DNA of 64,000 nucleotides from Candidatus Eiseniibacteriota bacterium (GTDB lineage: Bacteria > Orphanbacterota > Orphanbacteria > Orphanbacterales > Orphanbacteraceae): positions 10,934-74,933 of the forward strand of contig JAJCZU010000006.1 in assembly GCA_029262235.1 (NCBI GenBank), read 5' to 3'. Positions 18,541 through 31,300 of this stretch are shown here, piece by piece. Under the pieces are notes generated by a model. It did no database searches. It was not told the origin of the DNA and saw nothing but the letters and a program-made list of their open reading frames with translations. How positions within the stretch are numbered: position 1 is the stretch's first letter; each line of letters opens with the position of its first letter. The translations under genes and the position numbers were made by a program.

Positions 18541-18950
18541 GCAGAATCTTCTATTCCACCCCCGACTTTCCCGGATCCAGTATTGCAGGAAGACCGAGGG
18601 GCGGCGCCAGGCCGCTCTTTTTCCGGCTACCCATGCCTCCATGTGACCAGATCGAGCCCTCCGGGGTCCAATCACTATAGGAAACGGCTTTGGATCGCCC
18701 GGCTTCTCCCGCCGGCGACGCAGGATCCCGGGAGCGGCCGCCGGATTGGGGAAAATGCCCCGATTCAGGGCCTTCAGCCCCACAACCCGCCGGATTCTGC
18801 GTAGAGTAGAAACAAGGCCTCCCGACGTAACCCCCTGTCAGACAAGCAACAACGAGATCGATCCGCCCGAGCCTCGATGGCTCGTCCCCTGGCACCCGAC
18901 TTGCAATTCAACGGGGAAGAGGATCAGCACCTGGACTGGAGGTCCGCATC

Positions 18951-19949
18951 ATGAATCTGCAACCGAGATCCATCGCTCTAAGCGCCATTCTTACGGCGCT
19001 CGCTGCGTCCGGACCCGCTCACGCGGCGACCATCGTGGTCAAGGCGGGAGAATCGATCCAGGCGGCTCTGAACGCCGCTCAGCAGGGTGACGTCGTGGCG
19101 GTCGATCCCGGCCACTTCACGGTGAACCTGACCATGCCCGACGGCGTCACGCTTCGCGGCGCCGGGGCCGATTTCACGACCCTCGACGGCGCGGGCGTCT
19201 ACTCCGTGATCCGGGTCCCCGCCAGGGCGGCGCGTGACACGCGGATCGAAGGTTTCCGGATCATCAACGGCAATGCCGAGCGCGGAGGCGGCATCTCGGT
19301 CGGCCTGCTCTCTTTCCCCACGATCTCCGACTGTGAGTTCGTCGGGAATCATGGCAGACAGGGCGGGGGAGTCTATATAGGCGAGGCCGGCGGCGCCACG
19401 ATCGAACGGTGCCGATTCATGGAGAATACGGCTCTGGAAGGCGCGGGCATCTATATCTTCCGCGGACCGGCCACGATTCGTTTCAACACCTTCTGCGGGA
19501 ACGAGGCGGACATTACCGGAGGCGGAATGCACTTCGCGAACACGATCGGCGCCGTAGCTGTCAATAACACGATTGTGCGCAACACGTCGGGGCACGGATT
19601 CGGCTCCGGAGTCTCGTTCGGCGGGAGCCAGGTCGACTTCAGCCGGAACATCGTCGCTTTCAACGAAGGCGGGCACGGGCTGTCGGTCGTCGGCTCCGAC
19701 ATCATCGACGAGTGCAACGTGCTGTTCGAGAATCACGAAGGCGACATGTGCGGCAAGGTACCGGGCGAAACCGACCTGATCGGCGACCCCGGGTTCTGCG
19801 ACCTGAACGACTGTGAATTGTCGATCCAGGGGAACGGCCTCGCGACGAAGATCGACTGCGGCGGATTCGCCGGGGCGATGCCCGTCGGGTGCGCCTTCAC
19901 CGCAAGCGAAACGGTAAGCTGGGGCGAGGTCAAAGCCCTCTTTCGATAA
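18951..19949 (+). CDS. Secreted right-handed parallel beta-helix repeat protein with conserved C-terminal ...ETVSWGEVKALFR tail (family member 3)
   Basis: Signal peptide MNLQPRSIALSAILTALAASGPAHA; repeated beta-helix turn motifs (G.GI....S..TI..C.F..N...GGG, NTIV.N); ends TASETVSWGEVKALFR*; followed by a terminator. Confidence 0.7.
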   Translation: MNLQPRSIALSAILTALAASGPAHAATIVVKAGESIQAALNAAQQGDVVAVDPGHFTVNLTMPDGVTLRGAGADFTTLDGAGVYSVIRVPARAARDTRIEGFRIINGNAERGGGISVGLLSFPTISDCEFVGNHGRQGGGVYIGEAGGATIERCRFMENTALEGAGIYIFRGPATIRFNTFCGNEADITGGGMHFANTIGAVAVNNTIVRNTSGHGFGSGVSFGGSQVDFSRNIVAFNEGGHGLSVVGSDIIDECNVLFENHEGDMCGKVPGETDLIGDPGFCDLNDCELSIQGNGLATKIDCGGFAGAMPVGCAFTASETVSWGEVKALFR

Positions 19950-19978
19950 GACATCCTCCGTGCCCTCCTGCGGAGATT

Positions 19979-20010
19979 GCCGGCGGCCGGAAACGGTCGC
20001 CGGCTTTTTT
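19979..20010 (+). terminator. Rho-independent terminator
   Basis: GCCGGCGGCC-GGAAAC-GGTCGCCGGC hairpin then TTTTTT. Confidence 0.75.
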
Positions 20011-20170
20011 GTGCCCGCGCGCCATGCTCCATCCGCTCCTGCGCACTTCCTGCCTGCTTCCGGCCAATCTTGACACGCCCTCCGGGCGATGGTACTCTGC
20101 TCGCCCGCAAAACTTCTGTTACGCCCCGTCGAACGGATTCCGGCGGCTCCGCCGCCGCAGGAGGACTACT

Positions 20171-20524
20171 GTGTCGGAACGCATCGAGGACTACAACACG
20201 CTCCGGTTCCTGGAACTGCTGGGAACCCTTCATGAGACGACGATGGCCTTTCTGGGCAAGAAGGCGAATCCCGCCACCGGCGAGACATTCGTCGACCTCC
20301 GGATGGCGCAGTGGCACATCGACGTTCTTGCCGCCCTCGAAAAGAAAACCGAGGGCAACCTCTCCGATATCGAAAAGCGCCAGCTCTCCACGATCCTGAC
20401 GAACCTTCGCCTGAACTACGTGGATGAACAGGAAGCCGAGAAGAAGAAGGCCGCTGCCGAGGGGGAGGGTGCGCCCCCCGAGGAAGGAACGGCGACAGAA
20501 GAACGTCCTGAAGCAGGCGAATGA
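20171..20524 (+). CDS. DUF1844-family small protein
   Basis: RBS AGGAGGA then GTG 20171; NTLRFLELLGTLHETTMAFLGKKANPATGETFVDLRMAQWHIDVLAALEEKTEGNLSDIEKRQLSTIL resembles DUF1844; acidic Glu-rich tail. Confidence 0.5.
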   Translation: MSERIEDYNTLRFLELLGTLHETTMAFLGKKANPATGETFVDLRMAQWHIDVLAALEKKTEGNLSDIEKRQLSTILTNLRLNYVDEQEAEKKKAAAEGEGAPPEEGTATEERPEAGE

Positions 20525-21807
20525 CCTTTCTGCAACGCGCACTCCTCTGTCTCTTCGTGCCGGCCTTCGCTGCGAACGTGGCGGCCGACGATCTCGTGGG
20601 GCAGGCCGAGCCGATTCCCCGCGGCGCCTGGATGCTCGAGACGCGCGACGCTTCCGTCCTGTGGGGACGTCAGTACTCCATCGACTTCCGCTCCGACTAC
20701 TATCCTCGCGACATCCCCGTTTCCGGGTTCCCCGTAACGGACGCCGAACACGTTCTGCGGGGAGAGCTGCTTCTTTCGTACGGCTTGCTTCAGGGACGAA
20801 TCGATTTGTCAGGCGCCTTACGGTTTTACGGTCAATGGTTGAACTATCAATCATCGAGTGGCCGCGACACGCCGGCCGGCGACTTCACGGGCGACATCGG
20901 CGACAGCTGGCTGTCGCTTCGCGTGGCCCTTCCGTCGCCGCACAGCAACTTCGCGCTCAACATGGAAACGTTCGTGACTCTTCCCACCGGCCCGGCCGGC
21001 TCCGACTCGACCACGGCTCTCTTCACGACGAACAAAACCGACGCCGGCTTTCTGGTTGCGGGGAGCTGGCGCGGTGCGCGCAGCCGGTTTCACCTGCAGA
21101 CCGGCTATCGCTTGAATCAGAACGAATCGGGCGGGGCCCTGCTGTACCCGATCTACTATCCTCCTGTCGTTGACGGGGGAAGCAACTCGGACAACGACGC
21201 CTGGATGCTGCGGGCGGGCGCGGAATTCCATTCGGCCCCCGTCGACATCATGATGGAGATCATGGCCGACCGGATAATCGGCACGGACGGGCTCGGATGG
21301 CGCGAAGCCCCGGTGCAGCTGATTCCCGGGATCCGGTACGCCGTGAGCCGCAGTTTCTCGGTTTCCGCGCACTGGGGGATCTCGCTCTCGCAGTCGGATG
21401 CCGACCGTACGCCCCTGCCCGGGTTCGGGGCGGTTCCCGAAGTGCTTTACCCGGACTGGAGCTTTTCCATGCGGCTCCGCTGGACGAAGACCGTGGGGGC
21501 GTCGGACCGGGACCGGGACGGCATCGCGGACCCGTTCGACCGCTGTCCGATCGATCCTGAAGACTACGACGGCTATCAGGACGACGACGGGTGCCCCGAT
21601 CTCGACAACGACCGGGACGGCATCCCGGACCTCTGGGACAAGGCTCCGCGCGAGGCCGAGGACTTCGACGGCTTCCAGGACGATGACGGGGCGCCGGATT
21701 ACGACAACGACGGCGACGGGATCCCGGACATCGAAGATTACTGTCCCGACGCGGCCGAGGACTTCGACGGCGATCGAGACGATGACGGCTGTCCTGACGT
21801 CTCCTGA
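20521..21807 (+). CDS. Outer-membrane beta-barrel-like protein with C-terminal thrombospondin type-3 (TSP3) calcium-binding repeats, no OmpA domain
   Basis: Signal peptide MTFLQRALLCLFVPAFAANVAA; ~330-aa region with alternating hydrophobic strands; C-terminal ~100 aa consist of D-x-D-x-D-G-x-x-D-x-x-D-x-C-P repeats (DRDRDGIADPFDRCP, DDDGCPDLDNDRDGIPD, DNDGDGIPDIEDYCP). Confidence 0.6.
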   Translation: MTFLQRALLCLFVPAFAANVAADDLVGQAEPIPRGAWMLETRDASVLWGRQYSIDFRSDYYPRDIPVSGFPVTDAEHVLRGELLLSYGLLQGRIDLSGALRFYGQWLNYQSSSGRDTPAGDFTGDIGDSWLSLRVALPSPHSNFALNMETFVTLPTGPAGSDSTTALFTTNKTDAGFLVAGSWRGARSRFHLQTGYRLNQNESGGALLYPIYYPPVVDGGSNSDNDAWMLRAGAEFHSAPVDIMMEIMADRIIGTDGLGWREAPVQLIPGIRYAVSRSFSVSAHWGISLSQSDADRTPLPGFGAVPEVLYPDWSFSMRLRWTKTVGASDRDRDGIADPFDRCPIDPEDYDGYQDDDGCPDLDNDRDGIPDLWDKAPREAEDFDGFQDDDGAPDYDNDGDGIPDIEDYCPDAAEDFDGDRDDDGCPDVS

Positions 21808-22024
21808 GGTGTTTCAGGGATTTTTCTTGACACTCTTCAGGGCACGTTGATACGTTGACCCCCGTTTTTAGCCAGAGCGGAATTCCGTCGCAACTCGCGG
21901 GAGGAGCGGCGGGTCGAGAATGCGGAGTGACGATGCTCTTACATTGGGCCAATTTTAAAAAAAAGCTCAATCGATCGTCAGGATCCGCCGAAAGAGGACA
22001 GGAAGCGCGAAAAGGAATTTTTTC

Positions 22025-22053
22025 TTGACAACCCAAATGGCCCGTGGGATATT
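22025..22053 (+). promoter_or_regulatory. Sigma-70-like promoter candidate upstream of the giant gene
   Basis: TTGACA (22025-22030), 17-nt spacer, GATATT (22048-22053), in a 550-bp AT-richer intergenic region; implies a leader of about 300 nt. Confidence 0.4.
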
Positions 22054-22357
22054 GGCCGCGATTTTTTTCTGGAAAAATCGTGCCTGTTCCCACACCGGGA
22101 AGGCGAGAAGGAACGCGTTGAAAACAAAGTAGTTAGAAGGGTGTAAGGGTCTCTTTTCCGGCTCGCAGAGAGCAGCCGGAAGAGCGTGCCCATTACTGTA
22201 TTTTGGCTTAAATGAAGAAACTGCAATCACATAGAAGTCTCAAGGAGGACACGGAGTGGAGAACGACTCGTGGTTACAAAGCGTTATTCCGCTTTTATCT
22301 TTCCGAAGAAGAAAACCTCGCGGGATGACCATATCCCCGCAAAAGGAGGGCTCGAGT

Positions 22358-25300
22358 ATGAGTAGTCGTAGGAAGGGACGACTCAAAACACTCTCCCTGT
22401 TCGCGCTGCTTCTGACTGGAATGCTGTTCGCCCCTCAGGCGGATGCGCTTCCTGAAGTCGGGAGCCTTACGATCAGGGATGTGACGTACGATTCTGGCGC
22501 TGACAGGCTGGATATCGTATTCGACCGTACTGTGTCGGCAGCTGCCGCCACGGACTTCCGTTTTAACGACGGAACCACCTATGCCGGCGGCGCCCCCGTA
22601 ATTTCGGGGCTGCTCGGTAACGTAGTCAGTTTGACGACGTTCTCGACAGCGCCGGTGCCAGGTACCACTACGGTCGCCATCAAGGATTCGCTTGCCGCGA
22701 TCACCGGGTTGGAGATTATTACGGGGAACGCGACGGCAACGCGCGACTTCTCGTTCCACCCGATCGTGACAGGCCCTGTGATCGCTTCGGCGCTCTACAC
22801 GGCTGGTGAATCGGATCTCGATCCTACGAACGACGTCATTACGGTAGAGTTCAATACCGGAGTGACGTTCGTACCGGCGGCTCACGACACCCTGTTCAGC
22901 ATGCCGCAGCTCAAGGGCACGCAGACAATCGGTGATGACGACGGTGACGAGTTCCTCACACTCATCTTCGGTGCTGACGAAACGACGGTCCTCGACTACG
23001 TGTCGACGGTCGGACTCGCGTCGGACATTCTTGCCGGAATGGGCATCCAGGATTCGAACACCGACGAGATGACCTCGCTCACCCGCGTTCGCGTGGGTTC
23101 GGGCAGTGGTGCATTTCCGCTGTACGCTCCCTGGTACGCTGATGCGGGTGGCGTAGGCGGCGGCAACGACCGCTTCTACTATGTGATGAGCGGAGATGTT
23201 TCGTTCAACACGCCCGGCATCGGGATCACCGGTATCACCACGTTCAGTGGCGCTGGTGTGGCCCCGACGTTCAGTGGTGAAGTCTGGTCGACTCCGAACC
23301 GCCGCACGGTCGTCGGTGTCCGGAACGCGCATAAGGACGGCAACTATCTGAGCGCTCCGGTGCTTGGAACTTCGACGCGTCCGACGCTCCCGGTTGATGC
23401 CGATCTCGTGAACGCAACGCTGACCACGGCGGCCGATTCGGCTGATTCGGGGCCGGCTGGCGTGCCGATCGGTTTCGGTCCCGCGATCATCGCCGCTTAC
23501 TGGGATGGCAACGCGGATCAGATCATTCTTTACTTCTCGGAAGGCTTCGGGACGAACCCGGTGGCCGCCGACTTCCAGATCAACGGCGATGTCGCAACAG
23601 GCATCGGCGCGGGCTGGACGCTGGCAACGGTTGCCGGACGTGAAGTTCGCCTGAATGCTCCGGCTGACACGACCTGGCTCGAAGGCGATGTGATCAACAT
23701 CGAAACGACGCCGGTCATGGTCGGCCTTTCGGGTTTCGTGCCCTCGTTCACCGGCGCGGCCGGTACCGTGGACAACGCGATTCCGATTCGCGACGCGACG
23801 CCGCCGTCGAGCAACCTCGCTCTGACGGACCTTCTCGAGCGGAATCCGCAGGATACGCTCTCGCACGGCTTCATCAGCCTGTACGAGAATCCGGATCTGG
23901 ATGTCTGCTATTACCTCATTCTCAGCAAGATCGGGGAAGAGGTTAACAACGGCGACTTCGACACTACGCTCAACGTATGTGGTTCGATTCCCTTCCCGAA
24001 TCCGCAGGGCGTTGACGGCGACACGGCGACGGTCATTATCGACATTACACCGGGTCTGAACGATGCCACCGGAACCGTGATCGCCCAGGGCGACCGCGTC
24101 TTCTTCGGTGTCGCTCCTGTCGACAAAGAAGGGAACATCGGACAGTCGTATCGGGTTCCCGGCTCTCTTGTAGCCGGCCCTGTTGCCTGTCCGCGTGACT
24201 TTATTACGATTGCCGACGACCTTCGTATCAGCCTCGGCGCTGACTCGATCGTCGTTACGGACAACAATATCTGGATCAACGGTCACGCCGACCCGGTGCC
24301 GGACACTCTCGTAGGGGATACGCTCGCTGTCGATCCGTTCGACATCGTCGTCGTCTACCAGGATGCCGCGCTCACGGACTCGATCGCGGCCGGTACTGCT
24401 ACGGACGTCGGATCCTTCGTGATCGGACTCCCGAGCGACGCGGGTGATGCCAACGACTGGATCTACCTGACGTCGCGTGACCAGTTCGGCAACCAGTGCC
24501 CGGGCTTCACGCAGATCCTGAATGATCAGACACCCCCCGCTATCACAAAGCATGGCGATCCGAAGAATCCGTGGGCGATTTACGGCCCCGGCGATTCGGT
24601 TTGCGTCTTTGTTGAGGGCGCGGATACGACCGCCGGCGTCGCGATCGATCAGATCTCGTCGCTCCTGAGCGGTACGGTCGAAATCCTGACGTTCCACATG
24701 CCCCAGGAAATCGTGGCTTCGGCCAGCTTCGTGGCATGGGGTTCGGATCAGACTGACAACGACGGCGACTGGATCTCGGGCGCCGTTGGCGACAGCGCGG
24801 TCTGTGGACCGGCGTATCGCCGTCCGGCCGACACGTGCCGTGTCGGAACGGAAGACTATGCTGAGCCGTATTGCGACGAGAACGGCAACGGGGCATTCGA
24901 CCTCGGTGAGTACTTCGTCGACTACAATGGCAACAAGGTGTTCGACGGCGGTGGCGACTTCAATCTCGACTACCTCGACGCACCGTACACGGGCGACACC
25001 ACCAACATCGGTGGCGAAGGCCCGACCATGCGTCAGGAACTCGCGATGTATAAGGCTTCGTTCGCGAACCTTGACGCCGCTCTAGCGAATCCGGAACCGG
25101 TTCAGTGGCTCATCTGCCGCGTCCGGCTCCTCGACAAGAACGAAAACGAGTCGATTCTTCTCGACACGATCACGTTCGATAATCTCGCTCCGGAACAGTC
25201 GCAGTTCTCGCGCCTCGCGCGTCGTGACTCGTCTCAGTCCGGTGCGGGCAGCGGTAACCTGCTTCCGGATATCGGTGGCACGGCCAACTGCTACACCGTC

Positions 25301-28300
25301 GGTAACTTCGTCGACTTCGACGTCACGACCTACAGTGACTCGCACGACGTCGATTACGTTCTCCTTCAGATCAACACGGGTGGAGGCTGGGGTGACCTCA
25401 ACTTCGACCCGAACGGTGATTTGAATGCGGACGGTCAGCCGGGTAAAGCCGGTATCGATGATGACTTCGATGGCTGGGCGGACACGCTCGACGTCCAGGT
25501 TCACAACGCCATGCAGAACAGCCTTGCGGCTGATGCTGCTGACACGGATTCGACGCCGGCCGCCGGTGACGGGATCTGGGCGCTGAACGACGGAATCGAT
25601 AACGACAATAATGGCGTGATCGATGACGCGACGGACACGACGTACGCTGCCAACTTCATGGACGATGACGACGAAGACGGGATGCTCGACGGTACGACCG
25701 TTTCGACTCTCGACGCTGTCATCGGTGGTGGCTTCGGCCCCGGTGTCAACATGTTCCCGCAGTACCTGCACGTTGCCGGTATTGCCGCGACGGACACCAG
25801 CCTCAATGTTCCGGGTGACGGCTTCAGCGATGAAACCGCCCTTCTCTTCCCGGACATCGGCACGCCGATTCCGCTCACGGGCACGGACGAAGTGTTCGGC
25901 TGGGCGGCGCTGAACGGGTTCAACCTGAACATGCGCATGATCCAGCATCACTACAACATCCCGAACGAAACGCAGTTCAGTCTGCGCGCCGTTCCTTACG
26001 ACACGCGTGGCGGCCGCATAGGCCCGATGTCCAAAGCCGGTGGCGTCTTCGATGACGACATTGCGGCGAACCGGACCGGGAACAGCGACCCGACGAAGGC
26101 GATTCAGATCTGTCTGATCGTCGACACCACGGGTGTTGCCTGCGCGATCGATGTCGCTGCATTCGGTGAGAACACGGGCGCCGACAGTGCGGCCGCTGCG
26201 AACATCGACTACACCGCATGGGATTCGGAAGATTCGACGTACACGTCGCCGGCCGCACCGCTGAGCTACACGCTCACGGCTGCGGGTTCGGGCGCGGAAA
26301 TCGACTCGGTCGTCTTCTACGCGATGATGTGGAATGTCGATCCGGTCGATCCGGACACGTGGCTCGGTACGTGGACGCGCGTCGGTGCTGATTCCGACGG
26401 CATTCCGTACAACACGGACTGGACGGCTCCGATCGTCACGAACAAGCCGTGTGACAAAACGCTTCGTTACTACTTCTACTGCCAGGCCTTCGGCGCGTCC
26501 GGTCTCTTCGAAGAGGCCCTCGCGGATTCCGATACGGCGCTTGCAGAACTCGTAGTCGAGGTCGTGGACCATGTGTTCCCGATCACGAACATCACGAGCG
26601 TGGGTAACGATTACGACCTGACCAACGGTGCGACGGTTCCTGCCGATTCTGCGATCCACATTCGGATCGAAGGTACGGCGGATCTCGACGACCGCGACGG
26701 TCTGGCCGGCTTCAGTGACATTACGAGCATTGAATTCCAGCAGCGTCGTACGAACAACGGCAACAACAGCGCCGGACCGTGGTACACCATCGGTTCGATC
26801 GCGACGCCGTTTGATTCGATGCCGCCGGTTGACGTTGTCTGGCGTACCGATACGCTGACCGCACGGGACTACGATGTCCGCGCGATCGGTATCGACTGCG
26901 AAGGCAACTCGAATATCAAGTTCACGCAGGTCGTGCATGTCTCCATTGACACGCTCGGTCTTCGCGCATACATCGAGCCCCAGGTCTTCGAATCATCAGA
27001 TTCGATCACGCTTACGGCTCAGGTCTTCATTCACGACGAGTCGATTGACAATGTCGACTTCCAGGTATGGCCGGACTCGAATGAGAACTGCCTCCCGGAT
27101 GAAAACATCTCGTGGGTGTCGATCTACAACGACGACAACGACGATTCGTCGAGCGCCGATCCGGGTGGTGATGTCACCCTCCGTGTCGGTAGCGGAACGC
27201 TGTACGAAGTCAGCCAGCTCACGCCGGGTGACAAGTACGTCGACTTCGATGCGGATCACGGTTACATCGACTACGACGGTGACGGCTACTCGCCGATCGA
27301 CCCGGTCGTATGGGATGACAACAGCGACGGCTTCTACGATGAGTCCGATGGTGACACCACCGTGATCGGCCAGGTCGTGTCGACGGGGACGCCTCCGGCG
27401 ATCACGTCGTTCGACGCGGACGAATTCTACGCCGACTACAACACGAACGGTGACCTCGACGACGATGACTGGATCTTCAAAGAAGGTCTCGGCGGCTTCG
27501 AAGCCGGTTCGGATGAGCATCATACGTGGCAGGGCGGCTGGAACGTTGCGGACCTTTCGGGTTCGTGGTTGATCCGGTCGGTCGCGACGGATGAGCTCGG
27601 TAATGTCGACACCGACTCCAATACGGCGATTCCGTACATCTGCTGCGGTCTCGACGTCGATGCGCCGGCCGCTCAGGTCTGCAAAATCGCGATGGGTCTC
27701 GGTGGCTTCTCCTGGTACGACGGCATGCCGGTCGACTCGGTAGTTTGCGGTGACAACGAATGGGTCAAGCTCTGGGCTTGCCTGAACGACTCCGCCGACT
27801 ACGCCGATCTCGACTACATCCGGTTCGAGTACTCAGTTGATAACGTGAACTGGACCGACCTCGACGTGAACGACGACAACGACTTCTATGTCGATATCGA
27901 CGACACGCTCGGGTTCTCGCTCGGCGATGCCATCGTTCGCGATGACTACAGCGCCGACACCACGTTCACGGTGGACGCTTCCGACGTTCTGCTTCGCAAC
28001 GGGATTGCGGGCGACATCAGCGACATCTACGGATATCGCATGTTCCCGCTCTCCGACGAAGACGGCGCCGGTGGTGGTGATGAAGACGGTGACGGCAATG
28101 CGGACGAGGATGACTTCGACGAAGAAGACAGCCGCGATCCGTACTGCGTCTACTTCAATATTCGCGACCTGACGATGAACGACGGTCTTTTCCGCACCTC
28201 GACGCGCGTTTACTTCCGCGCCGTGGCCGTGGACGAGAACGGAAACGAAGACACGGATCCCACGATCACGCAGTTCGTGATTCAGGAAAACGTGGATCCG

Positions 28301-31300
28301 GAAACGGACATCGTCTGGGCAACGGACGAAAACGGTGACACGCTCGACGTCTACCCGGCCACGCAGGATGGTGACGGCGGCGATGCGCTCTACCTGATCA
28401 ACCAGCTGAATCTCCACGTTACTGTGGAAGACTCCAGCACGGTCGATTCGGTGTACGTCTGGTACCGTTGGAATCCGAAGGCCTACGAAGGTCTCAACAA
28501 CCTCAACAATCCGTGGCAGCGCGCCGCGGTTGTGGATGTTGTCTATCCGTTCAATCTCGATTGGGACATCAGCGGTCTTACCGATGGTTGCTATCAGTTC
28601 GCCGTGATTGCTCGCGACGAAACGTGCAACGAATCGGCTCCGCGTCTCAATCCCTACGAATTCACGAAGCTTTCGGTCCTGGCCGAAATCGAGTCCGCGC
28701 TCCGTCCGCTCGACTGGACGAAGAACGGCAATCTCGATCATCACAGCTCCGTGACGCTCGATACGGTTCAGGTCGGTGCTGAACTCTGGATCCGCGCGGA
28801 ACTTTCCGCGTCGGCCACGGCAGCGGACGCCGCGAATGCTGAAGTGTACTTCTGGTACGCCGACCGCGTTCTTGGTGAAGAGCTGACGGTTCAGACCTTC
28901 TACCCGTATATCTCGAGTGATGTTGCTGCTTCCGACAGCGGTTACAGCATCTTCGGTGACGAGGACAACTGGTGGTGTGACGTTCAGGTGCACGTGGATA
29001 CGGGCACGGCAGACGGCATCGCCACTTACTACACGAACGACGATTTCGAAGCTCTCGCGGCGCCGACGAAGTTTGACTTCACGGTCCGTGGCGGCTCGAA
29101 AATCGAGTTTGGTGCACAGCTCGCGTCGACGGACGTGGCCTACGTCAGCTACAACTACACTGGGTGGCAGCTGATCGCGGACTCACCGGATGACGACGTG
29201 GACGAAAACGGTTACTTCACGAGCGCCTGGGATCCGGCCGATCCGGTACCGGCACCTGAGAACAAGGGCCTGACGTGCGCCTACGACATGATCGCTCAGG
29301 TTCAGTACGACTTCGGTGGCGATGACAACTGTCTCGCCGAAACGCCGTGGTCCGAGAACAAGATCGTGCTGCTCCAGGAAATCGACGGACCGGAAGTCAC
29401 GCTTCACGGCTTCTTCTGGGACGAAGATTCTCCGTTCACGGAGTACAACTGGTCGGGTAACCCCATGCGCCAGTCGAACGGCTCGCATCGCAAGACGAAG
29501 CTCTGCGGTATCGAGTACGACGCGTTCGTGATTGTGGACTCGGTCGAAGCCGACAGCGTCAAGCTGGCGTTCGACTCGGGTACGCAGTACGACCTGACGA
29601 ACTACGTCACGGGTGACACCATCACGCTGACGATCACGATGAACGAACAGGACTTCCTGTGGTTCACGAATCCGGCGATCTTCCCGGATTCGATCGAGAA
29701 CGTACATCTTCTCTGGGACACCTCGGGTGACACGCAGAAGATCACCATGTACGACGACGGCGCGCACAACGACGGTGCAGCTGACGACGGCTGGTGGGGT
29801 ACGCAGGTCGACGTCATCGTGGGCAGCTCGCTCCGTGACTACAACTACCAGTTCGATATTGACGGCTCGGGCGACGAAGACGGCGTCTTCAACGATCCGC
29901 GCGTCAACGGCAGCGACGTTCAGGTTCCGGCCGACTTCTGGCACCGGAACTTCACGACGGAGCTGGGCGAAGGCACGCACACCGCGGTGGCGAGCGCCTG
30001 GGGGAACTTCGGTGTCCTCGGCACGAACACCACGAGCGCGCAGGGTCCGATCGTCTTCACGATCGACTGCACGCCGATGACGGTGGAAAGCCTGAATATC
30101 GTTCAGGATTGCGACTCCGACGACGAGTTCCAGTTCGTCGCGATCATTCGCGACGCGGGTGAGCTCATCACCGATATCTTTGAAGTAGACGAAGTCCGTT
30201 TCCAGTACGCGACCGACGTTCATAAAGACCGTTGGATCGATCTGGAAGACCTCGACTACTTCGATCGCGAAACCGGCTGGGTATGGGAAGGCAACTGGCC
30301 TTCGAGCGCTCTGCCGGCCAGCGATGGGATCGATAACAACGGCAACGGCATCACCGACGAACCGGAAGAAGAAGACTACGAATTCTGCATCCGCGTCGTG
30401 GTAGCCGATTGTGGCTGGGCCGTCACGGTCTTCCCGACTGTTCCGGAAGACGTAACGGTTCGTATCGATCGCAGTGCTCCGACGATCACGATGACCTCGC
30501 CGGCTCAGGGCGCTACGGTCACGTACGGTGAAGACTTCACCGTCTGTGCCCAGCCCGACGTGACCGGTCAGGAAATCGATTACTACGTGTTCTACTTCTC
30601 GGATCAGTCCGGGAACTGGATCCCGATCGACCCGACTCCGCAGGACGACGGTGATGATCCGTGGGTGCCCGCCGATGGTGACAACGAGGTCTGCGTGACC
30701 TTCGACACCGACTGGCTCGGCAACCAGGAAGATCAGTACGTGCAGTTCCTCGCAGTCGCCGTTGATAACGGCTGCAACCGTTCGGATTCGACGCAGACCA
30801 CGCCGATCGTGGCGGCTGTGAACGATACGATCGGGCCGGCGGCCTGCATCATTTCGATCGACCTTGATTGCGACAACGAAATCTCGGTCGCCGACCCGAA
30901 TCTCCGGATTCAGGGTGATGAAGTCACCGTTGTCGGTAAAGTCCTGAGCGACGCAGACCGTGTTTCGGTTGTGGAGTTCTGGCTCAACGACGGTACGACG
31001 AATCATCTCGTCGGCTTCGAGAACGACCTCAGCGGTAATCCGGCGGCTCTTTCGTTCACGTTCAACGCGAACGATTACATCGCCAGCGGTACGACTGCTG
31101 AAGGATCGATCTGGTTCCTTGCCCGCGACCTCGACGGCAACCCGGACCCGACACCTCTCATGGTGCCGGTGACATGGGACCGCGTGGATCCGAGCGTGAA
31201 CTACACCGCAGTGAACTTCGTAGACGGCACGGAAGACTATGCCGACGATGACATCGTCGACAACACGTCGCTCGCGCTGAAAGCGGATCCGTTCACGGGG

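Noticed and set aside
1432-20010. Genomic island with integrase next to tRNA-Val or tRNA-Asp
   Set aside because: No integrase/recombinase ORF and no direct repeat of the tRNA 3' ends could be found by eye. Only a weak 'old islet' interpretation is retained.
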